Assembly (NCBI GenBank): GCA_002415345.1
Contig: DHXV01000001.1
Span: 136,305 to 200,304, forward strand
Direction: 5' to 3'
Length of the DNA stretch: 64,000 bases
DNA from: Patescibacteria group bacterium UBA5147
GTDB taxonomy: Bacteria; Patescibacteriota; Saccharimonadia; UBA4664
In this document: in pieces, positions 21,160 to 31,068 of the stretch
Layout: the number at the start of each line of letters is the position of its first letter
Numbering within the stretch: the stretch's first letter is position 1
The notes under the pieces: model-generated
Told to the model about the DNA's origin: nothing
The model's input: the letters and a program-made list of their open reading frames with translations, nothing else
Databases searched by the model: none
Made by a program: the position numbers and the translations under genes

Positions 21160-21180
21160 GTATCATGGGGTGATACAATT
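21160..21180 (+). terminator. Perfect 8-bp inverted repeat TTGTATCA-N5-TGATACAA (putative cyo-operon terminator hairpin or operator)
   Basis: Seen directly in the sequence, 33 nt after the 20855-21127 stop; followed by ATTTTGG. Confidence 0.35.
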
Positions 21181-21392
21181 TTGGCCGATCGCATAAATGA
21201 ATAAGACTCAATCTTACCGGAAAGACATTAACTCATTTAGACCGGCATAGACTTAGTGTATCTCCAGTGTATTATGGGTACAGTCCTTTTACGGCTAGCA
21301 GACCATGCCCCCTCGGTTAAGGATTCGGCTCACGCTGCGTAGCGCGATTCGATTCCTCAACCGAGGAAAACGTACCTAGTGAGTGATATGGA

Positions 21393-21755
21393 GTGATTTC
21401 CGTGAACGTGGAACGCGGCATCATAAAGTTCTTCGACCGGACGAAGAAGTTTGGTTTCGTGACTGTCCTCGACGACGATGGCAGCCCCACCAAGCTTGAG
21501 CTCTACCTCCACTACAACAACGGTTTTTTCGTCAGAATGGGCGATACTGAGCCGGAATTCAGGTTCAAAACCGGCACCGTCGTCGATGGCAAGGGCGTCA
21601 GAAACGTGGACATACCCAAGAAGGGTACCTCCATCGTTTTTCTCAGAGGCAAGACTGTCCTGGCTGATGTTGAGAAAGTTGAAAAATGGGCATTCGCGGC
21701 CAACTATGACTCGTTCGGCTACGTAGCCCCAGGCCCCACCATGTCGCCACAATGA
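21393..21755 (+). CDS. Hypothetical protein with cold-shock-domain-like N-terminus (GTG start)
   Basis: GIIKFFDRTKKFGFVTV resembles the CSD RNP1 region (G.VKWFN..KGFGFI). Preferred over the overlapping minus-strand ORF 21357-21761, which has lower protein-likeness. Confidence 0.4.
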   Translation: MISVNVERGIIKFFDRTKKFGFVTVLDDDGSPTKLELYLHYNNGFFVRMGDTEPEFRFKTGTVVDGKGVRNVDIPKKGTSIVFLRGKTVLADVEKVEKWAFAANYDSFGYVAPGPTMSPQ

Positions 21756-21869
21756 GCGCAAATCAAGGCACGCCTACCTCACCGGCTTCGGCCGGTGAGG
21801 GCACTACCCAAGCCTTCAAATATTACTTTTGAAGATTTAGGCAGCGTTTCAAATTAAGCTTTCAGGGCG

Positions 21870-23528
21870 CTAAAAATGATCCCGAACGTGCGCCATGCTC
21901 CAGTCCCAGGACGAGTTGGCTTTCTTGTGGGGGTTGAAGATTCCCTGCGGGTCAAAGATAGCCGTGGTCTCGCGGAACAGGTCGGTGACTTCCTTACCGT
22001 AGGCCTGCTCCAACCAGGGGCCGCGAATCATGCCGTCGTTGTGCTCGCCGCTTAAGCAGCCGTGGTATTTAAGGATGAGCGCGTTGGTCTCATGCATGGC
22101 CGGCTCCAGCTTGGCGCGTTCCTTGGGGTCTTCCAATTTCATCAGCGGGATGATGTGGAAGTTGCCGTCGCCCATGTGGCCCGCAATGGTAGCGAACAAG
22201 TTGTATTTCTTGATAATCTTACGCATTTCCGGCAGGAACTGCGGCAGGTACTGGGTGGGTATTACCAGGTCGTCGATGAACGGGGCGGTGTGCTTGTCTT
22301 TGACCTTGCTGCGAAGCAGTTGGAAGCTCTGGCGGCGCATAATCCAGTATTTTTCCGAGCTGGCTTCGGTGGGATCTTCTTCCTCGGCAGTAATTTCGTA
22401 GTACGCGTGCTTCAGGTCCAGGTCTTTATGCAAGGCCTTAATTTTTGTCCGAACTTCATCAACCGAATCGCCGTTGAATTCCACCATCAGAATCAGCTTG
22501 GGTATTCCCTTTAGCAGCATGAAGCCGTCGGGAATAAGCGTTATGAGCAGATGAATGAACTTTGCCGGCCCCAGCATCTTGAGGAATGACGGCATGAATT
22601 TAATGGACATCCACAAAGTTACATCGTCAAACGATTCGAAAGTGGCGGGCTTATGGGACATGACCTTATTGATGATCTCGCCGAGCTTATCGATGTCTTT
22701 GAGGAACACGATGAGCAGACCCGAATGCGAGCGGGCCGGTACCAGGCTGAATTTGATGTCGGTTGTGAACCCCAGGGTTCCCTGTGCCCCGACAATAAGC
22801 TTAGTCAGGTCAAATACGCCGGTCTCGCGGTCCCACACGTCCCACAGGTTGTAGCCGGTGGAGTTCTTGGAGACATTGGGTTTGGCGGCTTTGATCTGGT
22901 CGTAATGGATCTCGAGCAGCTCGTAGGTCTGGCGATAGACCTGGCCTTCGAAATCCTTTTGGGCACATTTGGCGTCAAGCCCAGCCTTGTCCAACGGCCC
23001 CACGACGTACTCGTTGCCGTCGGCAAAGACCACCGAGAGTTCGGTTACGTATTTTTCGACTTTACCATATTCAAGGCTCTTCTCGCCGCCAGCGTTATTG
23101 TTGACCATACCGCCGACCGTACACATTTCGCGGCTCGCGGGATAGCTTGGCATGATTGCCTTGTGTTCCAGGGTCCGCTTCTCAAAATCGCGATAATAGG
23201 CTCCGGGCTGCACGTGGGCCGCGGTCGAACTCACCTCAAAAATTTCCGTGAAGTGGCGGGTGAAATCCATGATTATGCTGTCGTTAATGGCGCCTCCCGA
23301 CATGTCGGTACCGGCACTACGGGCCGTCAGCGACAGCCCCGGGTTGGCTTTTTTATGGGCTGCCACAAAACTGACCAGAGCCTTGACGTCACCGGCGTCT
23401 TTAGGGAAGGTCACAATTTGAGGTTTAACCTCAAACAGGCTGGCATCGTGGCTGTACTTTTCTATAGTTTCGGCGGAGTCTTCGATTTCGCCTTTCAGGA
23501 ACTTTTGGATATCGTCTTTAAGATTCAT
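21870..23528 (-). CDS. FAD-linked oxidase (GlcD / D-lactate dehydrogenase family)
   Basis: PCMH-type FAD-binding domain (GAQGTLGFTTDIKFSLVP) and a C-terminal FAD-oxidase domain; 552 aa. Confidence 0.85.
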   Translation of the reverse strand: MNLKDDIQKFLKGEIEDSAETIEKYSHDASLFEVKPQIVTFPKDAGDVKALVSFVAAHKKANPGLSLTARSAGTDMSGGAINDSIIMDFTRHFTEIFEVSSTAAHVQPGAYYRDFEKRTLEHKAIMPSYPASREMCTVGGMVNNNAGGEKSLEYGKVEKYVTELSVVFADGNEYVVGPLDKAGLDAKCAQKDFEGQVYRQTYELLEIHYDQIKAAKPNVSKNSTGYNLWDVWDRETGVFDLTKLIVGAQGTLGFTTDIKFSLVPARSHSGLLIVFLKDIDKLGEIINKVMSHKPATFESFDDVTLWMSIKFMPSFLKMLGPAKFIHLLITLIPDGFMLLKGIPKLILMVEFNGDSVDEVRTKIKALHKDLDLKHAYYEITAEEEDPTEASSEKYWIMRRQSFQLLRSKVKDKHTAPFIDDLVIPTQYLPQFLPEMRKIIKKYNLFATIAGHMGDGNFHIIPLMKLEDPKERAKLEPAMHETNALILKYHGCLSGEHNDGMIRGPWLEQAYGKEVTDLFRETTAIFDPQGIFNPHKKANSSWDWSMAHVRDHF

Positions 23529-23584
23529 AACACAAGCATAAACGTTTTATCTGTTGAGCGCCATATGACCTATATCACACCGAG

Positions 23585-24151
23585 CTATGACTGCGCCGCC
23601 TCGAGCATTTTCCTGGTCGTATGATAAAATCGCGCCGAGGCCGCGACTTGGAAGGTTCGTTCTATCCATTGGACCACATTGCCCGACTTCCCCTTTACGG
23701 TTCGCAGTAGCACAAAGACTTCACTGGCCGTAGCTGCAAGAATTTCAAATTCCCCCGTCGGAGATACGGCCGGCAGCTCCAGGTTCGCCGGCAAAGACGC
23801 GGAGATAAACACCACCAGGTGCCGGGTTTCAGGCGTCAGTTCCATAGCCCCAAACGGTGCCTCCAGCAACATTTTCTCCATATCTGAAACGGTGCGGAGA
23901 AAAACCGGTACGCTGTAACCCAGATGCTTCGTGAGGTACTCGTGAATGGTCCGCTCTAATGACGAGCGGTCGGGATGATCCGACTCAAAAAATACATTTC
24001 CGGTCTGTATAAAGCTTCTGACATCGCGAAGTCCTAGCTCCGTGAACAACCCTCGGAGCCTCTCCATACTAACCGCATGGCCGCCGACATTTATCCCCCG
24101 AAGCAGGGCAATGTAGGTTGTCGGCTTGAGGGTACTATTGGATGGTGACAC
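23585..24151 (-). CDS. DUF1697-family protein
   Basis: N-terminal ALLRGINVGGHAV...SFIQTGNVFF signature of DUF1697. Confidence 0.75.
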   Translation of the reverse strand: MSPSNSTLKPTTYIALLRGINVGGHAVSMERLRGLFTELGLRDVRSFIQTGNVFFESDHPDRSSLERTIHEYLTKHLGYSVPVFLRTVSDMEKMLLEAPFGAMELTPETRHLVVFISASLPANLELPAVSPTGEFEILAATASEVFVLLRTVKGKSGNVVQWIERTFQVAASARFYHTTRKMLEAAQS

Positions 24152-24563
24152 GGGCCTTCATACTGGGATTAAGATGATTGTGAAAGCCGAAGTCACCCTT
24201 TTTGGTCAGCGTTACGGTCTTGCTTTGGCCCGCGGCAATGACACCAACATTCAGCTCCGGATCATCGGTATGAATGGGGTGCGGATCAGAGTCAACCTGA
24301 ATCTGCTCCGACGATCGGTTGGTGAATGTTATTGACTGGCCGGCATTCACCTTGGTTTGAGCCGGACTGAAGCCGCTATCGTTGTAGACGACGCTGACTG
24401 TGGCATTAGTCTGGGGCGAGCCGGTGGCATTGGATATCGGCGAAACTGTCGGACTAGACGAAGGTTGGACAGAAGACGACCGATTCATCATTGCCAGCGC
24501 AATCAATAGGCCGACAATCACAACTACGGCAACCAAACCAACAACAAGCTTTTTCATAACCAT
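24135..24563 (-). CDS. Secreted/anchored cupredoxin-like small protein
   Basis: N-terminal TM/signal and a Ser/Pro linker. The beta-rich domain carries DSDPHPIH and HNHLNP His clusters that suggest metal binding; weak family assignment. Confidence 0.45.
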   Translation of the reverse strand: MVMKKLVVGLVAVVVIVGLLIALAMMNRSSSVQPSSSPTVSPISNATGSPQTNATVSVVYNDSGFSPAQTKVNAGQSITFTNRSSEQIQVDSDPHPIHTDDPELNVGVIAAGQSKTVTLTKKGDFGFHNHLNPSMKARVTIQ

Positions 24564-24661
24564 TCCTCGCTATACTAAATGAATTACAGCTTATCGCAGA
24601 TAACCGCCTTGTCAAAGGTATTTTTTTCCAAAACCCAACGCCTCAGTTCAATGCCAATTTG

Positions 24662-26896
24662 CTATTTAATGGTTCTCGGCGAGACCGTAATTTGTGATGA
24701 GGGCAGTTTAAACCCGAACGTGCTGCCTGTGCCAACAACAGACTCAAAGATAATAGTGCCCCCTTGGTCTTCGATAACACGCTTTGCCAGGTATAACCCA
24801 AGACCTGTGCCATCGGGACGAGCCGCCTTGGCATTTTCGGCACGATAGAACTTAGCAAACAGTTTCGATTGCTCGGCCAGTGGCACGCCCATGCCGCTAT
24901 CGATAACTTTCAGGACAGTTTCCTCGGTGTCTTGAAATAATTCCACCCGAATACTGCCTTTTTGCGTGTAATAAATGGCGTTGTCGATAAAGTTCATTAT
25001 GACCTGGCGGGTCTTGCTCTCGTCGACCAGAATGTTTGATAACCCACCTGATGGTGGATTATATATGAGCTCAAGGCTCTTGCGCGCGGCAGAAGGCAAC
25101 AGCTCTCGGACCTCCTCCTCAACCATGTGAGCGATATCGACGGTCTGGCGTTGGATGTTGAAGCGGCCCGAGCTGAGCCGGGAAGCATTCAGCAGATCGC
25201 TCGACATACCCACCATGCGCTCGGAGGCTTCGAGGGCGACATGGATATAATCGCGCTGGCTTGAGGTCATGTTGTTTTTATCATCATCAAGTGCCATCGA
25301 CAAGTAACCGTTTATAGCAGTTAGCGGGGTTCCGAGCTGGTGCGATGCCATCGCTATAAAATCATCCTTGGCTTTATCGAGCGTTTTAAGGATATGGTTG
25401 GCGTTACTGAGGCGATCAGTGGCCTGTCGAATGCGTTCCTGCAGCGTTTCATTGAAATGCGCTATCTCCTCGTAGGCGCGGGCGTTGGTAACGGATACGG
25501 CCAGCTCTTTGCGCAGGATATTCAGTACCCTTATATCTTGGGCGGAGTAGATGCCGCCGCTTAGCTTATGTCCCAAGAATAGATATCCGACGATTTCCCC
25601 CTGGGTTTCAAGGGTAAGCACAACACGAATGTTGTGCGCGTCCAAGAGGTCTTTTACTTTGCTTGGGCGTAGTTCATCCGCCACCAGGATTGGTTTGTTG
25701 AAAGCTTTGGCGATCTCGACGGTTAAGGGTGCCTTTGGTTTGAGACCATAGTGGGAGTGCCGATAGAGTTTGCCTTGGCCGAGAACCAAAAATTGTCCGG
25801 TCGACAAACGCATGGGCTGACAGATATCCTTGAGACATTTGTTAAGCATTGGCTCAAGTAATAATTCCGAGACTAAACTGCTGCTGACGCTGTCAAGGAG
25901 CACCTGGGCATCGTAGCTGTCATGGAAAAAGACGCGGTCGGTCACACGTTCAAAGAACCGGCGCAGTGGCTGGTAGGTGACCGCCAGTATGATGGCGAGA
26001 ATGGTAAAGACAGCCATTTCACTGTTCGTGAAGCGGCCACCTGGGAATAGGAACTGTCCGGTGGCAAAGATACCAAGCCCGTACAATCCGGTTAGAGTAG
26101 CCAACAGCAGAAGGTAGGCAACCGAGCGAGCGACTACCTGGCGGATATTGAACAGGCGATGGGCCACGATAGCATAAGCAAAGAAACCGATCGTAAATAA
26201 AGTAGCCAAAAAACCAAATCTAGCCGCAATGGCATTGCCGGTAATTAACGGTATGACAACGTTGGTAGTAAAGCCGACTACCAGCGTTAGGAAAAGCCCC
26301 AGGAAGACATAACTCAGCTGTAGCCGTTCAACTCTATTCCTTGTCCTGCGGAACTTGTGGAAAAGATTAGATAATGACAGTGCCATCCAAGTTAAGAAAT
26401 ACAAGGGAAAGAGCCCATACAGCGGACCTAACACGATATTATTACCCGTAGTAACAGAGGAAGAAACGCCCGCAACGATTAATTTTGTAAATACGAGTAA
26501 AACCAGGATGGGAGGAGTCGTTAGAGCCAGCATGGTAATGATTCGCTTCTTCGTAGTTTGAGAGTTCGGATAGCTTTCCGGGAACTCCAGCGAAAACAGC
26601 GTGATGAAGAAGGTAATAAAAGCAGCTCCGATGAACGGAACCACGGCCATAAATGACAGTAGTGGATTCGATCCGTTGGCGCTCTGGTCAAAGTAACTTG
26701 TGGCGCTCCAGACTACGAACGACAAGCTCAACCAAGCAAAAATAATATTTGCCCGTTGACGTGGAGACTGGAGCCAGACAACCAAGCCCAAGACAGCCAC
26801 CGAGGAGAGGACCAAAATAATTAGAACAAGTGATAAAAGTATCATGCTTATGTTTAATATAGCACGCGCAAGCGGACAACGGAGGCCGACGGGCAA
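24662..26896 (-). CDS. Multi-pass membrane sensor histidine kinase, paralog B of 4560-6713
   Basis: Same architecture as paralog A and collinear similarity over ~450 aa (..ASHQLGTPLTAINGYLSM.. / ..GTGLGLYLAKRVIEDQGGTI..). Confidence 0.9.
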   Translation of the reverse strand: MPVGLRCPLARAILNISMILLSLVLIILVLSSVAVLGLVVWLQSPRQRANIIFAWLSLSFVVWSATSYFDQSANGSNPLLSFMAVVPFIGAAFITFFITLFSLEFPESYPNSQTTKKRIITMLALTTPPILVLLVFTKLIVAGVSSSVTTGNNIVLGPLYGLFPLYFLTWMALSLSNLFHKFRRTRNRVERLQLSYVFLGLFLTLVVGFTTNVVIPLITGNAIAARFGFLATLFTIGFFAYAIVAHRLFNIRQVVARSVAYLLLLATLTGLYGLGIFATGQFLFPGGRFTNSEMAVFTILAIILAVTYQPLRRFFERVTDRVFFHDSYDAQVLLDSVSSSLVSELLLEPMLNKCLKDICQPMRLSTGQFLVLGQGKLYRHSHYGLKPKAPLTVEIAKAFNKPILVADELRPSKVKDLLDAHNIRVVLTLETQGEIVGYLFLGHKLSGGIYSAQDIRVLNILRKELAVSVTNARAYEEIAHFNETLQERIRQATDRLSNANHILKTLDKAKDDFIAMASHQLGTPLTAINGYLSMALDDDKNNMTSSQRDYIHVALEASERMVGMSSDLLNASRLSSGRFNIQRQTVDIAHMVEEEVRELLPSAARKSLELIYNPPSGGLSNILVDESKTRQVIMNFIDNAIYYTQKGSIRVELFQDTEETVLKVIDSGMGVPLAEQSKLFAKFYRAENAKAARPDGTGLGLYLAKRVIEDQGGTIIFESVVGTGSTFGFKLPSSQITVSPRTIK

Positions 26897-26929
26897 TTGA
26901 TGCCCGTCGGCCCCTCTGGCAGCTGAATA

Positions 26930-28402
26930 TCAACGAGGAGCGTGGCGGCTCAGCAATACAAGGTTATCCTGGACCCGCTGGAGTAGGGTTGGAACCATAT
27001 CTAGCAGGCGGATTTCGGTCGGCAGCTCGCGGCCGGGGAACATCTGTCCGTAGGCCTGAGGCGAACCTGCGGACATGGCCACCTGCACCTCCAACAGATC
27101 GATTGATGCTAAATGAAGGGACTCCCCGGACAATGGCCCGCCCTTGACAGGGCCATTGCGAAAAGTAATCGGCTCCCCAGCGAGGAGCCGGAAGGGCATG
27201 CTAAAGCTGCTTAGGAGTCTCAATACCCCACTGCGCATGGTCATGATCCAGGTAGTGCAGCCATCATCAATCGAATCAAGCACTACCTTACCTAGTAGAC
27301 TTAGGAGGGCAAGTTGCCGTTCTGACGACCCTACAAGCATCGGATCAAGTGCCAGCCGTGAGATTTCTCGGTGCTGAGTTTTGTCGATATCGGCTGGGAG
27401 CGGGGCAAAGGTCTCCGCTTGATGGCCGAGCAGTTCGGAGTGCCCAATCAGGCGGGCCGATCCAACCACTTGGCCTTGATCGTCCGAAACGACGTACAGG
27501 GCGCAATCGGGACTAGTATCAAACTCGTCGTGAGGCACGCCGGACTGTCCAACCGGGCACTCCATGAGGCCGGACTCGCAGTAGGCAGCGTGCCGAATAC
27601 GTAAAGCCGCGGCGCGATCCTTGGCTGTGAGTGCCTCTCTGGCTCTGTAGGCGTAGACGCGACGGGCTTTGATAAGCCAGTTCTGGTCACCGTAGGTCTT
27701 TTTAACCTCCTGAACAACCCAGCCCGAGTCCGCAAACCATGTTTCGATGTCCTTCTCGGTAGCAAAATGGTAGGGCCCGGCCTCACCGAGCAGCTTGATG
27801 ACGAGATTGATGAGGTAAACCACGAACAGCGACAGGAAAATCCTGCGTGTATGCGCCGGCTTGTTCTGCTCGCGGGCAAGCCTGCCATGAACTCGCAGTA
27901 TCTCCAGCGGCTTGGCGCCGGCGCGAGGCGTTGATACCAATAATGTGGCGCCGGATTTCGCGATGCCGGCCGCATGTTTGAGCGTGGCGTGAGGATCGGC
28001 GGTCGCGTACAAGCTGTTGACCATCACTACGTAGTTGAATGGCCCCCCAATGCCCTGCTCGGGGAGCGAGGCGTTCAGGTCGGCGCTCAAGAAGCTGACA
28101 GCGTTTCCGCACTTTTTACTGGCCCGCGTCAGCATCGACGGCGAAGAGTCTACGCCCGTTATGGCGCATTCAATTCCACGGTTAAGGATTACCGATGGTA
28201 GATTGCCGGTGCCGCAGCCCAAATCAACTATCTTGGCCGAACCTGTCAGGTTAAGAAGATCGACGGTTTCATCCAACATCGTCTGGTACGGAATAAGTTT
28301 CCCTATCCCGTCGTAAAACTTCGCATAGATTCCCCATAAGCAACGATTAAGCATCATTGACTCATTTCTATCGACACTGTGGGTATTATGGGCATAGTAC
28401 AA
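26930..28402 (-). CDS. Fusion protein: N-terminal class I SAM-dependent methyltransferase + C-terminal GNAT-fold (N-acyl-amino-acid/autoinducer-synthase-like) domain
   Basis: SAM motif I VDLGCGTGNL in the N-terminal half. The C-terminal half has a GNAT-like pattern (YVVSDDQGQVVGSARL...REISRLALDP). Confidence 0.55.
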   Translation of the reverse strand: MYYAHNTHSVDRNESMMLNRCLWGIYAKFYDGIGKLIPYQTMLDETVDLLNLTGSAKIVDLGCGTGNLPSVILNRGIECAITGVDSSPSMLTRASKKCGNAVSFLSADLNASLPEQGIGGPFNYVVMVNSLYATADPHATLKHAAGIAKSGATLLVSTPRAGAKPLEILRVHGRLAREQNKPAHTRRIFLSLFVVYLINLVIKLLGEAGPYHFATEKDIETWFADSGWVVQEVKKTYGDQNWLIKARRVYAYRAREALTAKDRAAALRIRHAAYCESGLMECPVGQSGVPHDEFDTSPDCALYVVSDDQGQVVGSARLIGHSELLGHQAETFAPLPADIDKTQHREISRLALDPMLVGSSERQLALLSLLGKVVLDSIDDGCTTWIMTMRSGVLRLLSSFSMPFRLLAGEPITFRNGPVKGGPLSGESLHLASIDLLEVQVAMSAGSPQAYGQMFPGRELPTEIRLLDMVPTLLQRVQDNLVLLSRHAPR

Positions 28403-28502
28403 CAGAACTCCCTCGCGGGAGTTAAGTCAGTATCATCTTAGTTGTGCCTATGGTTAGCGGTCAAGGAATAATGCATCGACAAAACTCCGGCGCACCAAGT
28501 GG

Positions 28503-28907
28503 CTAGTCCGCTGGTACGCCCGGAATATCACCTCTAGTATAGCCGGCCAAGATACCGCGAACGATTTCTTCCACCTGCTTAGGCTTATTTTCGCTCTTAA
28601 TGATGTAGCGGACGGCGCCCAGCTCAAGAGCCGCTTGAACGTCAGTATTGCCGGCGAGATTGGTAAGGACCACGACTGGGATATTCCTGACTTCCGGGTC
28701 GCTTTTGATCTTCCTCAGTACCTCCATGCCGTTAAGTTTAGGCATCATGATGTCGAGTAAAACCAGATCCGGCCTTTGGGAGCGGATCTTATCAAGACCG
28801 TCCTCGCCGTCGGATGCAACCGATACTTCGTATCCGTTCGACGAGAATATTATTTGATACATCCGTGACAGCAACGGATCATCTTCGATAACAAGTACCT
28901 TGGACAT
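28503..28907 (-). CDS. Single-domain response regulator, paralog C
   Basis: Receiver motifs (VLVIEDD...VLLDIMMP...KSENKPKQV). Confidence 0.85.
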   Translation of the reverse strand: MSKVLVIEDDPLLSRMYQIIFSSNGYEVSVASDGEDGLDKIRSQRPDLVLLDIMMPKLNGMEVLRKIKSDPEVRNIPVVVLTNLAGNTDVQAALELGAVRYIIKSENKPKQVEEIVRGILAGYTRGDIPGVPAD

Positions 28908-28992
28908 TACAACTCCTTATTTGAGGTAATGATACATCACATACAGATATAGCGGAAACCCGATTATGGCTCCTCACCCCGTACTCTCCAAA

Positions 28993-29022
28993 ACAAAAAC
29001 CCCATAAAATATGGGGTTTTTG
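28993..29022. terminator. Bidirectional intrinsic terminator hairpin (AAAAACCCCATAAAATATGGGGTTTTT)
   Basis: 6-7 bp GC-containing stem flanked by an A-run and a T-run, between convergently arranged transcription units. Confidence 0.55.
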
Positions 29023-29043
29023 TTGACTATGTCTTAACTTGCG

Positions 29044-29377
29044 CTAATTCAGAGCCGGCTTTGCAACCGTAACAAAATCCTCTACCTTGGTAACTTCGTC
29101 TTTGTCTACCAGGATAATCGGACCGGGCTTGCCATCGGGCGTATGCGTGAACACGATGAATTGTTTGGATTCAAAGATGGCCACGATCTCGTATCGGTTC
29201 TCCTGCTCTTCGAGCTGGCCGACTTCGGCATACCACCTTTTTTTGCTATTGGTATAGCTAAGGCTAAAGATGCGATGTTCAAGGATAGGCAGCCGGAATT
29301 GAGATTCCAGCCCCTTTATAACTCCTTGATAGGCTATTTCCGCCTCAAGCTTTTTGACATTCGGTACAAAGAACTGC
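29044..29377 (-). CDS. Hypothetical protein (111 aa from MQFFVPN..)
   Basis: ORF downstream of the RRM gene. The listed ORF start overlaps the RRM gene; an internal ATG at 29375-29377 is more plausible. Confidence 0.35.
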
Positions 29378-29389
29378 ATTGGTGCAGTT

Positions 29390-29686
29390 CTAGTAGCGAC
29401 GGTCGCCGCCGCCGAAGCTCTGGCGAGGACCACGGTCTTCCTTAGGCTTGGCAATGTTGACGACGATAGTACGCCCGTCGACTTCTTTGCCGTTGAGACC
29501 GTCGATTGAAGCCTGTGCTTCCTGGTCGGTGCTCATCTCAACGAAAGCGAAACCCTTTGAACGGTTGGTGTCGCGGTCCATGATGACGGCGGCGCTGACG
29601 ACTGTGCCGTAAGCGGCAAACAGATCTTTGAGCTGGTCTTCGTTAACGTTAAAACTTAATGATCCGATGAATAGCTTTGCTGCCAT
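29390..29686 (-). CDS. RRM-type RNA-binding protein with Gly/Arg-rich tail
   Basis: RNP2 (LFIGSLSF) and RNP1 (KGFAFVEM) motifs; C-terminal RGG-like tail; 98 aa. Confidence 0.85.
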   Translation of the reverse strand: MAAKLFIGSLSFNVNEDQLKDLFAAYGTVVSAAVIMDRDTNRSKGFAFVEMSTDQEAQASIDGLNGKEVDGRTIVVNIAKPKEDRGPRQSFGGGDRRY

Positions 29687-29996
29687 ATATGTATCTCCTT
29701 ACCCAGAACTCTTTAATGTGCTCCGGAATAAGATTGTGGCGAGCCGCTGTGGGAATAGCGGCTAAACGAAATCGACAAGTTTATAGCTTGTTTCTAGATT
29801 GTAATGATTATAGCACAATTGATCCGTTTTGTCATTCGTTCGTACCCGAAGCCCTAATTTACGGCTGCGCTGCGTCTACCTCGGCCCCGCTCTGAATCAC
29901 CTCTGCGGCTTTGTATGTAAAAGCAGGCCAGATATTATATGAGCTTGATATCACCCAGAACAACAATTAGCACGAAGCTAACTTCCTCAACCCGAG

Positions 29997-30374
29997 CTAC
30001 TTCTTTGCTGCTTTCTTAGCTTGATTATAGGCTATAGCAGAACGAATGAGAGTCTTTAGCGATTCCTCATTGATTCTATCGCCTTCAAAGTATTTGATGG
30101 CTCGTCTCTGGTTACCTGCAAGTTCGTCGTTGAATATATTATCCGGGTCCGGCAGGCTCGCACCGTACAAAAAGCCGAGCTTTACACTGGTATTAAAAGC
30201 CATTCCAACCGCTATGATCCCATCATGCGACCAAACAGGCGAACCCATCCACTTCCATTCCTCTACTACCTCGGGGTCAGCCTCGTGAAACAGTTGGCGA
30301 AGCCGGGCCAACGCTGGTCCACGCCAATCGGTGAGACCTGCTATCAGACTATCGATCTTTTCGGTCGGATTCAT
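29997..30374 (-). CDS. DUF1801 (YdhG-like) domain protein
   Basis: 125 aa with the typical ...WKWMGSPVWSHDG... core. Confidence 0.7.
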   Translation of the reverse strand: MNPTEKIDSLIAGLTDWRGPALARLRQLFHEADPEVVEEWKWMGSPVWSHDGIIAVGMAFNTSVKLGFLYGASLPDPDNIFNDELAGNQRRAIKYFEGDRINEESLKTLIRSAIAYNQAKKAAKK

Positions 30375-30465
30375 AAAGTCACACCTCCACAGGCGGTCAG
30401 CTTATGAGTTTTTTATTCATTTGTTTATTATACCAAACAAAATGACCCATACTGACCTTTTTAAA

Positions 30466-30510
30466 CATAAGTGCTATGGAGGGCCATCGTGCTTGCTGTT
30501 GCAATTGAAA
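30466..30510 (-). repeat. tRNA-Lys 3'-end-derived direct repeat, copy R1
   Basis: Minus-strand reading is CAATTGCAACAGCAAGCACGATGGCCCTCCATAGCACTTATGTTT. It starts at the stop codon of 30511-31068 and has no terminator hairpin. Confidence 0.8.
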
Positions 30511-31068
30511 TTAGTTTTCTAACCCAATTATTCTAACAATCTCATCAATTTCAACTCTTTTCGGAGTATCTATATTAATTACCTTACCGATTTGTAGTGC
30601 TGCATATTTATCGGGGTCTTCCGGAGCCGCATTTTCTAGATAATTTTCGCGGTCAGCATGCCCAATGTGACGCTCACCCGACTCATTGCGGCCTATGAAT
30701 CGCTGTTTTCTAGTCTCAAAATCGGTTGAGCAATATATCTCAATTACGTTCGGCTGATATCTTCCAATAAGTTCTTGCAGTCTCGGCTGGGCAAAAGATC
30801 TTTCAAATGCATTTTCAATCATCACCGATTGGCCAGCCGCCATCATGGTTTCTGCCAAGGTATATACAAAATCGTTGGATACTTTTCCGAGAGTTCTTGA
30901 CCATTCCCTATCATTGATACCTAAGTTATCAAATAGAAATTCTTTAATCGTGTCTTTAGCGATCAGGGGTATGCCAAGCTTTGTCGATAACGGTTTGGCG
31001 ATTGTAGTTTTTCCAGAAGCGGGTAAGCCGTTGATAATAATCAAATTCATACGGATATCATAAAACAA
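30511..31068 (-). CDS. P-loop NTPase, small kinase-like (AAA_33/zeta-toxin-like fold)
   Basis: Walker A GLPASGKTT near the N-terminus; ~170-185 aa. The start may be the internal MNLII. Confidence 0.65.
   Translation of the reverse strand: MFYDIRMNLIIINGLPASGKTTIAKPLSTKLGIPLIAKDTIKEFLFDNLGINDREWSRTLGKVSNDFVYTLAETMMAAGQSVMIENAFERSFAQPRLQELIGRYQPNVIEIYCSTDFETRKQRFIGRNESGERHIGHADRENYLENAAPEDPDKYAALQIGKVINIDTPKRVEIDEIVRIIGLEN

Noticed and set aside
21357-21761. Minus-strand 134-aa ORF overlapping the CSD-like gene
   Set aside because: The plus-strand ORF has a recognisable CSD-like N-terminal motif. The minus-strand translation is low-complexity with no motif, so it is probably an antisense artefact.
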